The notes: generated by a model not told the origin, from the sequence alone. Numbered from the stretch's first letter, positions 10,032 through 19,156 are shown. The stretch is DNA of 64,000 bases from Candidatus Peregrinibacteria bacterium CG11_big_fil_rev_8_21_14_0_20_49_14 (GCA_002787035.1 PCVP01000034.1:15902-79901), one strand, 5' to 3'. Numbers and translations: made by a program.

Positions 10032-10915
10032 GAATTCCGTTGCAAACAGGCGGCCCGAATATGCATTCGTATTACACCGATACGCCGTGTACGTGGTGTG
10101 ACGGGTGCGGTGATTACGGCATATGGACAGCCATGAAACGTGCTCTCGTGGAACTGGGATACCATCCTTGGCAGATATTGCTGTGCTACGATGTCGGGTG
10201 TCATGGCAACGGAGCGGATAAAACGCGTGCGTACACTTTTCATGGTTTGCACGGTCGCGTGCTGCCGTTTGCTGCAGGAGCATCGCTTGCAAATCCCAAT
10301 GTTCCCGTCATAGCTTTCGGGGGAGACGGTGCGAGTTTTTCGGAAGGTGTGGGGCACATGGTACACAGTGTGCGCAGTAACTACCCCATGACGTTTGTAC
10401 TGCACAACAATGCCAACTACGGACTCACTACCGGGCAGGCGAGTTCACTCACATGGCAAGACCAACCCATGAACTCTTCACCAAACGGTATTCCCGAACG
10501 TACGCTACCGTCCATGGATTTCATATTTTCACTCGAGCCCACATTCGTTGCTCGCGGATTTTCCGGAAACATAGAGCAGATGGTTCGCATATTTAAGACG
10601 GCGTTGCAGCACAGGGGATTTGCCTATGTCGATATTTTGCAGGCGTGTCCCACGTACAATCATCTCGCCACACACGACTGGCTTCTTTCGCATGTGTACG
10701 ATGCCAACAGTGAAGGGCACGATCCTTCGAACTTCGAGGAAGCACGGCGTATAGCGGTGGATACAACTGACCGCATATCTACGGGTATTTTGTACCAAAA
10801 CGAAGACATCCCCAGTTTCTACGAACGGTTGATACCGAGGCAACAACGAAAGACCACTGCAGTGGAGGAAGTGGAGAGAACGGATGTCAGTGAACTGATG
10901 AAAGAGTTTGTGTAG
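10028..10915 (+). CDS. 2-oxoacid:ferredoxin/flavodoxin oxidoreductase, beta (TPP-binding) subunit
   Basis: It shows the Cys motif TWCDGCGDYG and the TPP motif AFGGDGASFSEG...NNANYGLT. An ATGA overlap links it to the alpha subunit. Confidence 0.9.
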   Translation: MRIPLQTGGPNMHSYYTDTPCTWCDGCGDYGIWTAMKRALVELGYHPWQILLCYDVGCHGNGADKTRAYTFHGLHGRVLPFAAGASLANPNVPVIAFGGDGASFSEGVGHMVHSVRSNYPMTFVLHNNANYGLTTGQASSLTWQDQPMNSSPNGIPERTLPSMDFIFSLEPTFVARGFSGNIEQMVRIFKTALQHRGFAYVDILQACPTYNHLATHDWLLSHVYDANSEGHDPSNFEEARRIAVDTTDRISTGILYQNEDIPSFYERLIPRQQRKTTAVEEVERTDVSELMKEFV

Positions 10916-11003
10916 GAGATATCCAACCTGGTGCCTGCCTTCCAACGGCGACACCATTCCGTTTCTGTTCTTTTCATTCTCCCGATGAGAGCTGTTTGTT
11001 GTT

Positions 11004-12725
11004 TTGTTTTGTACTTGTTTCTGTAAGAATAACCGAGTGCAGAAACAATGTACCAATTGCGGTACCACGTTTAAAATTTCCGAGAAGGATACCTCTTTTT
11101 ATAACCAAGTATCACCGGTATTCGGAACTGAAAAAGTGGAAATGCCTCTCCCGAAAAAATGTCCGGATTGTCGGCAACAACAGCGATTGTCTTTCCGAAA
11201 TGAGCGGCGTCTTTTTAGGCGCAAATGTGATTTAAGCGGAGAGAACATTGTATCAATGTATCCTGCTGACGCTCCCTTTCCCGTGTACTCCACTGAAAGT
11301 TGGTGGTCTGATAAATGGGATGCACGAAATTTTGCACAAGATATTGATTTTTCACGACCATTCTTCGAGCAGCTTCATGAGCTGTATCTGCAGGTGCCTC
11401 GCCTGCAAAACGTTGGCAGTTCAGACATGAAAAAGATGAATAGTGAATATGTAAATTATGCCGGTTGGAATAAAAACTGTTACCTAATTTTCGACTCAGA
11501 CTATAACGAGGAATGCTGTTACTCCAACGTAATCAAACATTCGAAATACTGTCTCGATTGTTCTTATGTTTCCCAATCACAATTCTGCCACGACTGTGTC
11601 GACTGTAGTAATTCATACGAACTGAAATCATGCCAACGATGCAATAACTGTAGTAACAGCTCTTACCTTTTTAATTGTATTGGATGCCAAAACTGCGCTT
11701 TTTGTTGCAATCTTACAAATCAGAAGTACTGTCTTTGGAATAAGCAACTCACAAAAGATGAATATCACAATAATCTCAATGAGATTATTCAGAGTGGTAC
11801 GCCTGAGGAAATCACCAAGCAGTTCGCGGAATTTACCCTGACATATCCGCGTAAATACTGTTCAATACTGCAATCTGAGGATTGCAGCGGTGATTACATT
11901 TCGAATGCACAACGATGTACCACCTGTTTTAATGTTGGAGATGCGCAGGATTTGCAGTACTGCGATTCAGTCTATCGCGCAAAGGATTGTATGGATGTAT
12001 CCTCTTTTGGTGAAAAGATTGAACGAGTGAGTAATAGTGGAACCATCGGACACGGCTGTTTTGGTGTTCATTTTTCTTACGACTGTGTTACAAGCTGCTC
12101 AGACCTTTTCTATTGCCTGCAGTGTCATCAGACAAAAAATTCATTCGGATGCGTCGGTTTTCGCAGTGGCAATTACTGCATTCTGAATAAACAGTACACT
12201 AAAGAGGACTATGATGAATTGGTACCCAAAATCGTGAAACACATGCAATCCACGGAAGAGTGGGGTGAATACTTTCCCGTCCGGATGTCGCCGTTTGCAT
12301 ACAATGAAACTGTCGCACAGGAGTACTTTCCAATGACAAAAGAGGAAGTGTTGGCAAGAAACTGGAAATGGCGAGATGCAACAGACGATATTCCAAAGGT
12401 GGAAAAAACCATTCCGGCGGCACAGTTGCCACACTCAATACAAAATATACCTGACGATATCTTGAACTGGGCAATTACCTGTGAAACAACCGGAAGACCT
12501 TTTCTTGTCACAAAACAAGAACTCTCATTCTATCGCAACATTCAAATCCCCGTCCCCCATTTTCATCCCGATGAACGGCATAGAAAAAGGATAGCACTCC
12601 GAAACCCACGCAAGCTTTGGAAGAGAAAATGCGATACGTGTGGCAAGGATATTCAGTCCACGTATGATCCTGATCGCCATGAAACCGTATATTGCGAGGA
12701 ATGCTACCTCAAAGAAATGTACTGA
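11004..12725 (+). CDS. Large Cys-rich zinc-ribbon repeat protein, function unknown
   Basis: 573 aa with CxxC pairs at both termini and a central run of CxxC/CxNC repeats (CLDCSYV..CHDCVDCSNS..CQRCNNCSNS..CIGCQNCAFC). The track start is TTG; an in-frame GTG at 11037 is an alternative. Confidence 0.75.
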   Translation: MFCTCFCKNNRVQKQCTNCGTTFKISEKDTSFYNQVSPVFGTEKVEMPLPKKCPDCRQQQRLSFRNERRLFRRKCDLSGENIVSMYPADAPFPVYSTESWWSDKWDARNFAQDIDFSRPFFEQLHELYLQVPRLQNVGSSDMKKMNSEYVNYAGWNKNCYLIFDSDYNEECCYSNVIKHSKYCLDCSYVSQSQFCHDCVDCSNSYELKSCQRCNNCSNSSYLFNCIGCQNCAFCCNLTNQKYCLWNKQLTKDEYHNNLNEIIQSGTPEEITKQFAEFTLTYPRKYCSILQSEDCSGDYISNAQRCTTCFNVGDAQDLQYCDSVYRAKDCMDVSSFGEKIERVSNSGTIGHGCFGVHFSYDCVTSCSDLFYCLQCHQTKNSFGCVGFRSGNYCILNKQYTKEDYDELVPKIVKHMQSTEEWGEYFPVRMSPFAYNETVAQEYFPMTKEEVLARNWKWRDATDDIPKVEKTIPAAQLPHSIQNIPDDILNWAITCETTGRPFLVTKQELSFYRNIQIPVPHFHPDERHRKRIALRNPRKLWKRKCDTCGKDIQSTYDPDRHETVYCEECYLKEMY

Positions 12726-12844
12726 ATACTTGCGCAGGCCCGAAAGAATATACAATTCCCTACTATTCCTCAGGGTAAGCAGGTGTCTTGGTGAGGTGTT
12801 ATCGCGCTTACGTATGCCATATTTTTTCCGGTTATTTCATGAAC

Positions 12845-13312
12845 CTACACTGTAATAACCACCGTCCTCGCCACGAAATCGTGCAGACACTTTCGTTCTG
12901 CGCGAAAAATGAGAAGACTGTCTGCCAGGAAGTAAAAGATGTTTCCGAGCATGAGGGCATTGAACCACGAGCGCAGAATAAGTGCGCGCACCGCACCCGG
13001 GTGCTCGTGTGTTTTTTCATCCACGATGCGAAGACCCATAACTTTTTTGCCCACCGTTTGTCCGTGCGATGCTATGAGCACCCACTGCACTATGTGCACG
13101 ATAAGAGCGGATGCCATAAGACCCACCAGTAACGAAGCACGCTTCAGTACCGCAGGATCTATACTTGCGACTTCCGCTTCTATATCTACGTACGCATACG
13201 TAAGCAGCCCCAGTATGATCATAGGGGCACCCTCGAGTATAAGATCTATCACCCGTGCCATCAGACGTTGGTTCGGACTCGCAAGAATTATTTTCTTCTT
13301 ATGCAGACGCAT
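12845..13312 (-). CDS. RDD-family membrane protein
   Basis: 155 aa with the N-terminal motif ASPNQRLMARVIDLILEG and hydrophobic helices. The C-terminal motif RKCLHDFVARTVV matches the R..D..D family pattern. Confidence 0.75.
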   Translation of the reverse strand: MRLHKKKIILASPNQRLMARVIDLILEGAPMIILGLLTYAYVDIEAEVASIDPAVLKRASLLVGLMASALIVHIVQWVLIASHGQTVGKKVMGLRIVDEKTHEHPGAVRALILRSWFNALMLGNIFYFLADSLLIFRAERKCLHDFVARTVVITV

Positions 13313-13348
13313 GCACGTATGGTGCTCGTTTTGACTTCGTAGGGCAAG

Positions 13349-13729
13349 TTATGCAGCTCCGTCTCCGTCTCGAGAACGTACAACATTTTCGGGTCTGTAA
13401 AGCTTCAGTTGTTTTTCTCTCACTGCGGGAGAAAAGTGTACAGTCGGTATTTTCAATGCCGGCATTTCCACTGCGTCGACCCCATTTCTTCTCATTGTTG
13501 CGCGAATGCTGTTTCTTGTTTTGAGTACGGTTAAATGATTTCGGCCGGTATTTTCTACATGCGCGTACATAGAACGCTCTTCTCTTTCAGTATCTCCGCT
13601 TACGACGCCCAGTGCACGTACACGAGGCTTCCGAGTGAGTTGATCTATAAGATCCGATGGAGAAATGTTTCGTTCTTCCGGAAGGTGGCCGATGACGAAT
13701 TCTTCGTTGTTTTGCATCTCTGTATTCAT
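13349..13729 (-). CDS. Hypothetical protein (126 aa)
   Basis: An ATGA overlap couples it to the upstream 298-aa ORF, so the two are co-translated. No motif recognised. Confidence 0.5.
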   Translation of the reverse strand: MNTEMQNNEEFVIGHLPEERNISPSDLIDQLTRKPRVRALGVVSGDTEREERSMYAHVENTGRNHLTVLKTRNSIRATMRRNGVDAVEMPALKIPTVHFSPAVREKQLKLYRPENVVRSRDGDGAA

Positions 13730-14622
13730 CGTACTCTCAATACCATATTACTTGCTTCGAGTGCGTCTTTTTCCATTTTTTTCTCGTTGCGTCGCAGCTC
13801 TGTAATTATGAAGCCGTTGTGACCGTGCTGTTGGTGCATCCATTGTATGGGCTCGTTTTGCGTGTTGCGCATGGTAAACGCTCTTCTCGGTTCCCAGTAG
13901 GGTTGCCAGTGTCCCATTCGTTCGTGTGCATTATTCAATATATCCTGAGCGCCCGATTGCGGATGTATGGGTGCATCTCCTGCGACAACGAGTTGTGCAC
14001 CCGGATTCGTATACTGCGTCGCGTAGCGCATAACATGCTCTCTGTCCGCCAGAGCCATATGCATGGCAGAATGTGTCTGAGTGGGATGATTCGGATATTC
14101 GGCGGATGCGATATCGAAGTTATAGGTGGGAAATGTCCACGTAACGGAGTCGACCGGTTTTAGATTCAGGAGACTATCGAGCACGCCACGACTGCGAATG
14201 TCATCGCACAGTACGGCAACGGCATCGGAGTTTTGCAGGTTTATTGACTGAAGGTCCGGCAGAGATATGGGGTATTCCACGTGCAGAGGCTGTGTTCCTG
14301 AAGCACGAAGTTGTACATTATTCATGTGTGTTTCCACCGGTATGTTGGCACTGCCAAGACTTTCTGCCGCTCTTTGCGCATTAAAATAATTGCGCAGCAT
14401 GGCGATAACTTTTTGGTTCGTTCGTGCGGAAATAAGTGCGGCGAGGCCTCCCACCATACCGTTTATATCCACATGAATGCCGGTGCGGTTTGCATCTATG
14501 AAACTTGCGATTTGCGTTGCGATACCGGACTCCAGCAGGAGAGCGGAGCGAGCTGCATCTTTCTCAGATTCTTTTTTTGCCGCATGTATATAGGCATATT
14601 CTCTGTTATCTGTACTCATCAT
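13726..14622 (-). CDS. Hypothetical protein, possibly Rossmann/methyltransferase-like
   Basis: 298 aa. The Gly-rich segment HVDINGMVGGLAALISA, followed by DAVAVLCDD and VTWTFPTY, loosely resembles SAM-methyltransferase motifs I to IV. This is an inference only. Confidence 0.6.
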   Translation of the reverse strand: MMSTDNREYAYIHAAKKESEKDAARSALLLESGIATQIASFIDANRTGIHVDINGMVGGLAALISARTNQKVIAMLRNYFNAQRAAESLGSANIPVETHMNNVQLRASGTQPLHVEYPISLPDLQSINLQNSDAVAVLCDDIRSRGVLDSLLNLKPVDSVTWTFPTYNFDIASAEYPNHPTQTHSAMHMALADREHVMRYATQYTNPGAQLVVAGDAPIHPQSGAQDILNNAHERMGHWQPYWEPRRAFTMRNTQNEPIQWMHQQHGHNGFIITELRRNEKKMEKDALEASNMVLRVR

Positions 14623-14672
14623 GAATATAATGCACTATATTTAATTTTTGTACAGCACTCCGTTTCCCTTTT

Positions 14673-15218
14673 CTAGGCGTGCCGCGAAGCATTTTTAAGG
14701 TATACGTCCGAATCGAAATCCATCGCCAGGTACTCCGCAGCAAAATCCGTGTACTGGGCGTCGAAATGTAAGTCCTGGTCCAGCCACAGGCGTGTGAATT
14801 CCGAGACATCCACTGCGCCGTCGTATCCGTTGCTCTCGTTTTGCACGGTGCCGTTTCGTAAGATTTTATACGTCCAGTGCAGGTGAGGACCCGTGCTTTG
14901 GCCCGAGTTTCCACTCTTTGCTACGGGGTCTCCCTGGTAGATGTTTTGTCCTTCACTCACCGTAACTTCCGAGAGGTGTGCCAAAATACTTTTTCGTTTT
15001 GCATCGGTAATCACAAGATACAATCCGTATCCTGCCGAGCCGTCATTCACCGTGTGTGCCACGCCGTCATGCGGAGCGTAAACAGTGGTACCTTCACTCA
15101 CACCGAAGTCTATGCCGTTGTGCCCCGCAAAACCCCACGCACCGTACACGTCGGGATTTTGCCCGAAGCTTTGAGTAATAAGTGGAGTACCTGGAAGAGG
15201 GGAGAAAATCATCTCCAC
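14673..15218 (-). CDS. M23-family (LytM-type) metallopeptidase, no signal peptide
   Basis: The HxxxD motif (GHNGIDF) and HxH motif (GPHLHW) occur with typical spacing. The protein is 181 aa and has no N-terminal hydrophobic segment. Confidence 0.85.
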   Translation of the reverse strand: MEMIFSPLPGTPLITQSFGQNPDVYGAWGFAGHNGIDFGVSEGTTVYAPHDGVAHTVNDGSAGYGLYLVITDAKRKSILAHLSEVTVSEGQNIYQGDPVAKSGNSGQSTGPHLHWTYKILRNGTVQNESNGYDGAVDVSEFTRLWLDQDLHFDAQYTDFAAEYLAMDFDSDVYLKNASRHA

Positions 15219-15233
15219 CAGAGTACGGCGCTC

Positions 15234-15845
15234 TTACGTATCTAGCAATGTAAGGAATTCGTTCCGTAATTTTAAAATTCGTTCGGCATGTTCTCCTTGT
15301 TTTGTACTAAGACTTTCGCGGAAACGTTCTCCTTCTCCCGGGCACACATCCGTACAGACGCCTTCTCCTTTCAGTTTTGTTTTATACATTTCTACCAGTT
15401 CCGCGTTTCGAGTTCCGATACTACCGTCTATGGTAATTTGGTACAGCGGACGACAGGAGTTATCCATAGTGTCTATGCAGTAATGTTCTTTTCGAAATTC
15501 TGCGTAGAGCCTGCCTCCTTCTTCACCTTTCCCCACAAGTTCTGCGGTCAACTGAGCTTGGCGGAATATGTGCTTCACCACGTCGGCATGAGGGCAGGCG
15601 ACGTTGTAATCTTGGTCCACTCCACGCTCAGCGCATGTTGTTCTCCCGGGATTCCACTCGTTGTTTTCGTGGGGAAATCCGCAGTTACGGGCGTAGAGTT
15701 TTCGCAGCTCTTCGCAGATGTGCCACAGAGACATTTCCGGAGTCACGAATGTTTCTACTTCGACATCGGCATACATGTCGGGAAATCTCTGAGAGAGAGG
15801 TTGTAATTGCACATCCGGCACGGGAGTTGACAGTCTTTTTGACAT
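15234..15845 (-). CDS. Cys/His-rich protein of unknown function (paralog A)
   Basis: 203 aa and a clear paralog of the adjacent upstream gene. Shared blocks are HICEELRKLYARNCGFPHEN, YNVACPH, GGRL, CRPLYQ and PGEGE. Confidence 0.7.
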   Translation of the reverse strand: MSKRLSTPVPDVQLQPLSQRFPDMYADVEVETFVTPEMSLWHICEELRKLYARNCGFPHENNEWNPGRTTCAERGVDQDYNVACPHADVVKHIFRQAQLTAELVGKGEEGGRLYAEFRKEHYCIDTMDNSCRPLYQITIDGSIGTRNAELVEMYKTKLKGEGVCTDVCPGEGERFRESLSTKQGEHAERILKLRNEFLTLLDT

Positions 15846-15867
15846 GAATACGGTGTATTTTTTTGGC

Positions 15868-16467
15868 TTACGGTTTCAATAAATCAAGGTATTTATCTCG
15901 TATTTCCAACAGTCTCTTTCCTCGTTTTGCTTGTTCTGCGGCGAGGCACTTTCTTACTTTTTCTCCTTCGCCGGGATGTGCGGCAGTAGGAATACCTAGC
16001 TGCGCAAGAGCCAGAAAATTACGTGTGGGGTCGGAGTGCATACTTGTTGTTCCGTCCATGGAAAGTTGATACAAGGGTCTGCAATTACCGTCGATATCAT
16101 CAAGCTCTGTGAGTAACCTTCGTGATTCTAAAAACAGTCTGCCGCCCGCAATATCTTTTCCGATTAATCTGGACGTGAGCCAGGCCTGCCAATATGCACC
16201 GTCTGCTTTGGAGTGTACGCAGACGACGTTGTATTCTTCTTCTATGCCTTTACATGGTTGCCTACTTTCGTTGCTTGACCAGTTTTCATGCGGCATGCCG
16301 CAACACCGCATATACACTTTTCTCAGTTCGTCACATACATGAGATACTGTGACATTTTCTTCCAGCATTATTCCAAACAGAGGGTCACTAGCAAACCTCT
16401 TGGGAAATTGCAGACGCAGAGGCATCTGTTCTATTGCGACAGTGGATGCTTGCGCTTCCATGAACAC
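15868..16467 (-). CDS. Cys/His-rich protein of unknown function (paralog B)
   Basis: 199 aa with the same blocks as paralog A (HVCDELRKVYMRCCGMPHEN, YNVVCVH, GGRL, CRPLYQ, PGEGE). The track start is GTG at 16467; an ATG lies two codons in, at 16461. Confidence 0.7.
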   Translation of the reverse strand: MFMEAQASTVAIEQMPLRLQFPKRFASDPLFGIMLEENVTVSHVCDELRKVYMRCCGMPHENWSSNESRQPCKGIEEEYNVVCVHSKADGAYWQAWLTSRLIGKDIAGGRLFLESRRLLTELDDIDGNCRPLYQLSMDGTTSMHSDPTRNFLALAQLGIPTAAHPGEGEKVRKCLAAEQAKRGKRLLEIRDKYLDLLKP

Positions 16468-16501
16468 GGTTTACTCTTTTTTTGGCTTTGTATAAAGAAA
16501 T

Positions 16502-17476
16502 TTACATGTTCTTCTGCGGGCCACTCCACGGAGAAAGAAGTACGGCTCGAACCGTGAGAAAAGGGTGTTTTACGCAAAATTTCTTTAGTACTCCACTTCC
16601 GCCACCTTTGCCACCTACGGCACGTTTGTTTTTTATGCGATCGAAGAATTTCCAGGCCATAGTGCTCAGAGCGCGATTTCTTGCTGCCACTGCCTCTTTC
16701 CTCATTGTGCCCGAGGGAAGTGATGCTATGAGCTGCTCGAAGCAGGTAAAGCGGTCGTAAATGCCGGCTCCACTTGCGGCATTTCTGGCACTGGCTGCCG
16801 CAGGATGCACGCGAAATGCACCGATATCTTCTTTGACGTAGTACCAGTCGCTTTTTTGCAAGCAGCGTACCCAGTACTCGACATCCAGAAATTGCGGCAT
16901 CTCTTCGTTAAACGGTCCCACTTCTTCCAGCAGGGATTTGCGAAACATCACAAACGGTGGTTCGCCGATAACATTGGGGTGCAGTTCGTTTCGTATCCAC
17001 CAAAGGAGAAACTCCTCCCCTTTATGCAGTCCCGTTTCCACGTTCTCTTTGCGGAAGTTGCGCAGCCTCTCGTATGCCTCCACCGGCATGCCGCCTTCGT
17101 ATTGGTACAGGTGTTCCAACGATACGAATCCTGCCGACGAGTTGTGCTCCAGCGCTTCCAGCGCCTTTTCCAAGTGCATGCTTCCCCACAGGTCATCTTG
17201 GAACAGAAACTGTACGTACGGTGCAGTTGCTCTTTCCACGCAGGCATTCCAGTTGCCTCCGATGCCGAGATTTTTGGCACTGCGCTCAAAGCGAATACGC
17301 TGGTCATTCATAAACGGCCGGATCATACCCAGAACATCGCTTTTGGAAGCATCGTCGTGAATGAAGAGAGACCACCGTTGCTCCGTTTGGGCGAACAGAC
17401 TTTCGAGCGCCTCAGCAAGGTGCTGAGGGTTCGGCTCGTATGTTGGCATTAAAATACTGACGATTGGCGTGTTCAT
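16502..17476 (-). CDS. Family-2 glycosyltransferase
   Basis: Start trimmed to MNTPIVSILMPTYEP (ATG at 17476). It has the GT-A signature SILMPTYEPN...FIHDDAS...QDD. Confidence 0.85.
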   Translation of the reverse strand: MNTPIVSILMPTYEPNPQHLAEALESLFAQTEQRWSLFIHDDASKSDVLGMIRPFMNDQRIRFERSAKNLGIGGNWNACVERATAPYVQFLFQDDLWGSMHLEKALEALEHNSSAGFVSLEHLYQYEGGMPVEAYERLRNFRKENVETGLHKGEEFLLWWIRNELHPNVIGEPPFVMFRKSLLEEVGPFNEEMPQFLDVEYWVRCLQKSDWYYVKEDIGAFRVHPAAASARNAASGAGIYDRFTCFEQLIASLPSGTMRKEAVAARNRALSTMAWKFFDRIKNKRAVGGKGGGSGVLKKFCVKHPFLTVRAVLLSPWSGPQKNM

Positions 17477-17504
17477 ATTTAGACACAGGGTATACTGAAC
17501 TTCC

Positions 17505-18164
17505 ATGCGAATCGATGTCATTACGTTATTTCCCGGCATGTTTACGGGCCCACTTACGGAGAGCATTCTTCAGCGGGCTCAGGATGCCAATTTATTGGAA
17601 ATTTATTTTCATGATCTCAAAGAGTTCGGCCTCGGAGAGTACAGACAAGTGGATGACAGACCGTACGGCGGAGGAGTGGGAATGGTACACAGAGTGGATA
17701 CAGTGGTGCCTGCCATAGAGGCGGTGCTGGAACAGGGGGATGCCAAAAACGTGCACAGCATTTACCTCTCTGCGAGAGGAGATACGCTCACGCAGCCCAA
17801 AGTGGAGTCTCTTGCACATGACTACGACCGACTTCTTCTGCTATGCGGACATTACGAAGGGGTGGATCAGCGCATTATGGAAGGAGGATGGATAGATGAA
17901 GAAATAAGTATCGGACCGTACGTGCTCACCGGCGGGGAATTGCCTGCAATGGTTCTTATAGATGCCGTGAGCAGACATATTCCGGGTGTCCTTGGGAAAG
18001 ATGAATCTTCCCACGAAGAGAGTTATTCTCAGGCAACGGACGGAAAGCGTGAGTATCCTCACTACACCAGACCCGAAGAATTCAGAGGGCTCAGCGTACC
18101 GAACGTACTGCTTTCGGGGCACCATGCGGAAATAGAGAAGTGGCGCAAGAATCAGCTTTCTTAA
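17505..18164 (+). CDS. trmD: tRNA (guanine37-N1)-methyltransferase
   Basis: MRIDVITLFPGMF...DDRPYGGGVGMV...CGHYEGVDQR...LTGGELPAMVLIDA...YTRP are canonical TrmD motifs. Confidence 0.95.
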   Translation: MRIDVITLFPGMFTGPLTESILQRAQDANLLEIYFHDLKEFGLGEYRQVDDRPYGGGVGMVHRVDTVVPAIEAVLEQGDAKNVHSIYLSARGDTLTQPKVESLAHDYDRLLLLCGHYEGVDQRIMEGGWIDEEISIGPYVLTGGELPAMVLIDAVSRHIPGVLGKDESSHEESYSQATDGKREYPHYTRPEEFRGLSVPNVLLSGHHAEIEKWRKNQLS

Positions 18165-18171
18165 TAACCGT

Positions 18172-18444
18172 ATGTTCCAAACTTTCATGCAAGAACTCCG
18201 GCAGAACGGAACGGTGCGTTTTTACGTGAGAGCTGTGCCCGGAGCTGCGCAGACCAATGCGACGGAAGTCTTGGAAGATCAGAGCGTAAAAGTGCGTGTT
18301 GCGGCTCCGCCAGAAGGCGGGAAAGCAAACGCCGCTCTCTTAAAATATCTGGCGAAAGAATTTGCGGTTTCCATGTCGCAAGTTCGCATTGTCTCAGGAC
18401 ACGCCGCACGCATAAAGCTGATAGAGGTTACAGCTGCTTCGTAA
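18172..18444 (+). CDS. DUF167 (YggU-like) protein
   Basis: 90 aa with the family pattern VRVAAPPEGGKANAALLKYLAKEF...VRIVSGHAARIK. Confidence 0.8.
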   Translation: MFQTFMQELRQNGTVRFYVRAVPGAAQTNATEVLEDQSVKVRVAAPPEGGKANAALLKYLAKEFAVSMSQVRIVSGHAARIKLIEVTAAS

Positions 18445-19156
18445 GTGCTTGTTCTATGCGGCCGCGCAAATCCGCATAGTACGGAAGACCTACAAACTTC
18501 TCTCCGTTTAACAGAAACGACGGTACGTACTCTATACCCAGAGACATAGCCCATTCTTGCTGTTCTGCCAGGAGCGTATCTTCTTCTTGGCTTTCCATGC
18601 ACTGAACAAAAATGTCCGTATCCAATTCCATTTCTTTGGCATACGTGAGCTGCGATTCCAAATCTTTGAACGTGCGCTCAAACAGCAACGTACTGAATGC
18701 CAATCCTTTCCCCTGTCTTGCGGCGCATAGCACTCCCTTTGCGGCAACGCCGCTGTTTGCGTACTTATGGAGAGGGAAATGTACGAATTGAATACGCAAT
18801 GTACCGTTATCCACAAAGTCAGACATCAGGTACAGGAAGTGTTCATTGTGAAATTCTTTGCAGTATCCGCAGTGGTGTTCCGTAAATACCAATAATGTCA
18901 GGGGTGCGGATGCTTCTCCTATATCCAATATCCCGCTTTGCAACAGACGCTCTTTGGGAAGCAGCGCACCCGAAGATACGGGAAGTTCGGGTGCTTCACT
19001 GTCGTGTAATACCTCTTCGGCTCGCTCAGTGGCGGGAGCAAGAATTCTGGTTTCTTGTTCTTCCACTATTTGTTCGACGGGAACGCATGCCATAAGCGTC
19101 AGCAGACATGCCGCACTTCCCAGAGAGAGCCCGCACTGTATTTTATTCAGAGGCAT
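18428..19156 (-). CDS. DsbA-family thiol:disulfide oxidoreductase lipoprotein
   Basis: Start trimmed to MPLNKIQCGLSLGSAACLLTLMAC, which carries a lipobox. The active site FTEHHCGYCKEF sits in a thioredoxin fold with a helical insertion. Confidence 0.8.
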   Translation of the reverse strand: MPLNKIQCGLSLGSAACLLTLMACVPVEQIVEEQETRILAPATERAEEVLHDSEAPELPVSSGALLPKERLLQSGILDIGEASAPLTLLVFTEHHCGYCKEFHNEHFLYLMSDFVDNGTLRIQFVHFPLHKYANSGVAAKGVLCAARQGKGLAFSTLLFERTFKDLESQLTYAKEMELDTDIFVQCMESQEEDTLLAEQQEWAMSLGIEYVPSFLLNGEKFVGLPYYADLRGRIEQALTKQL

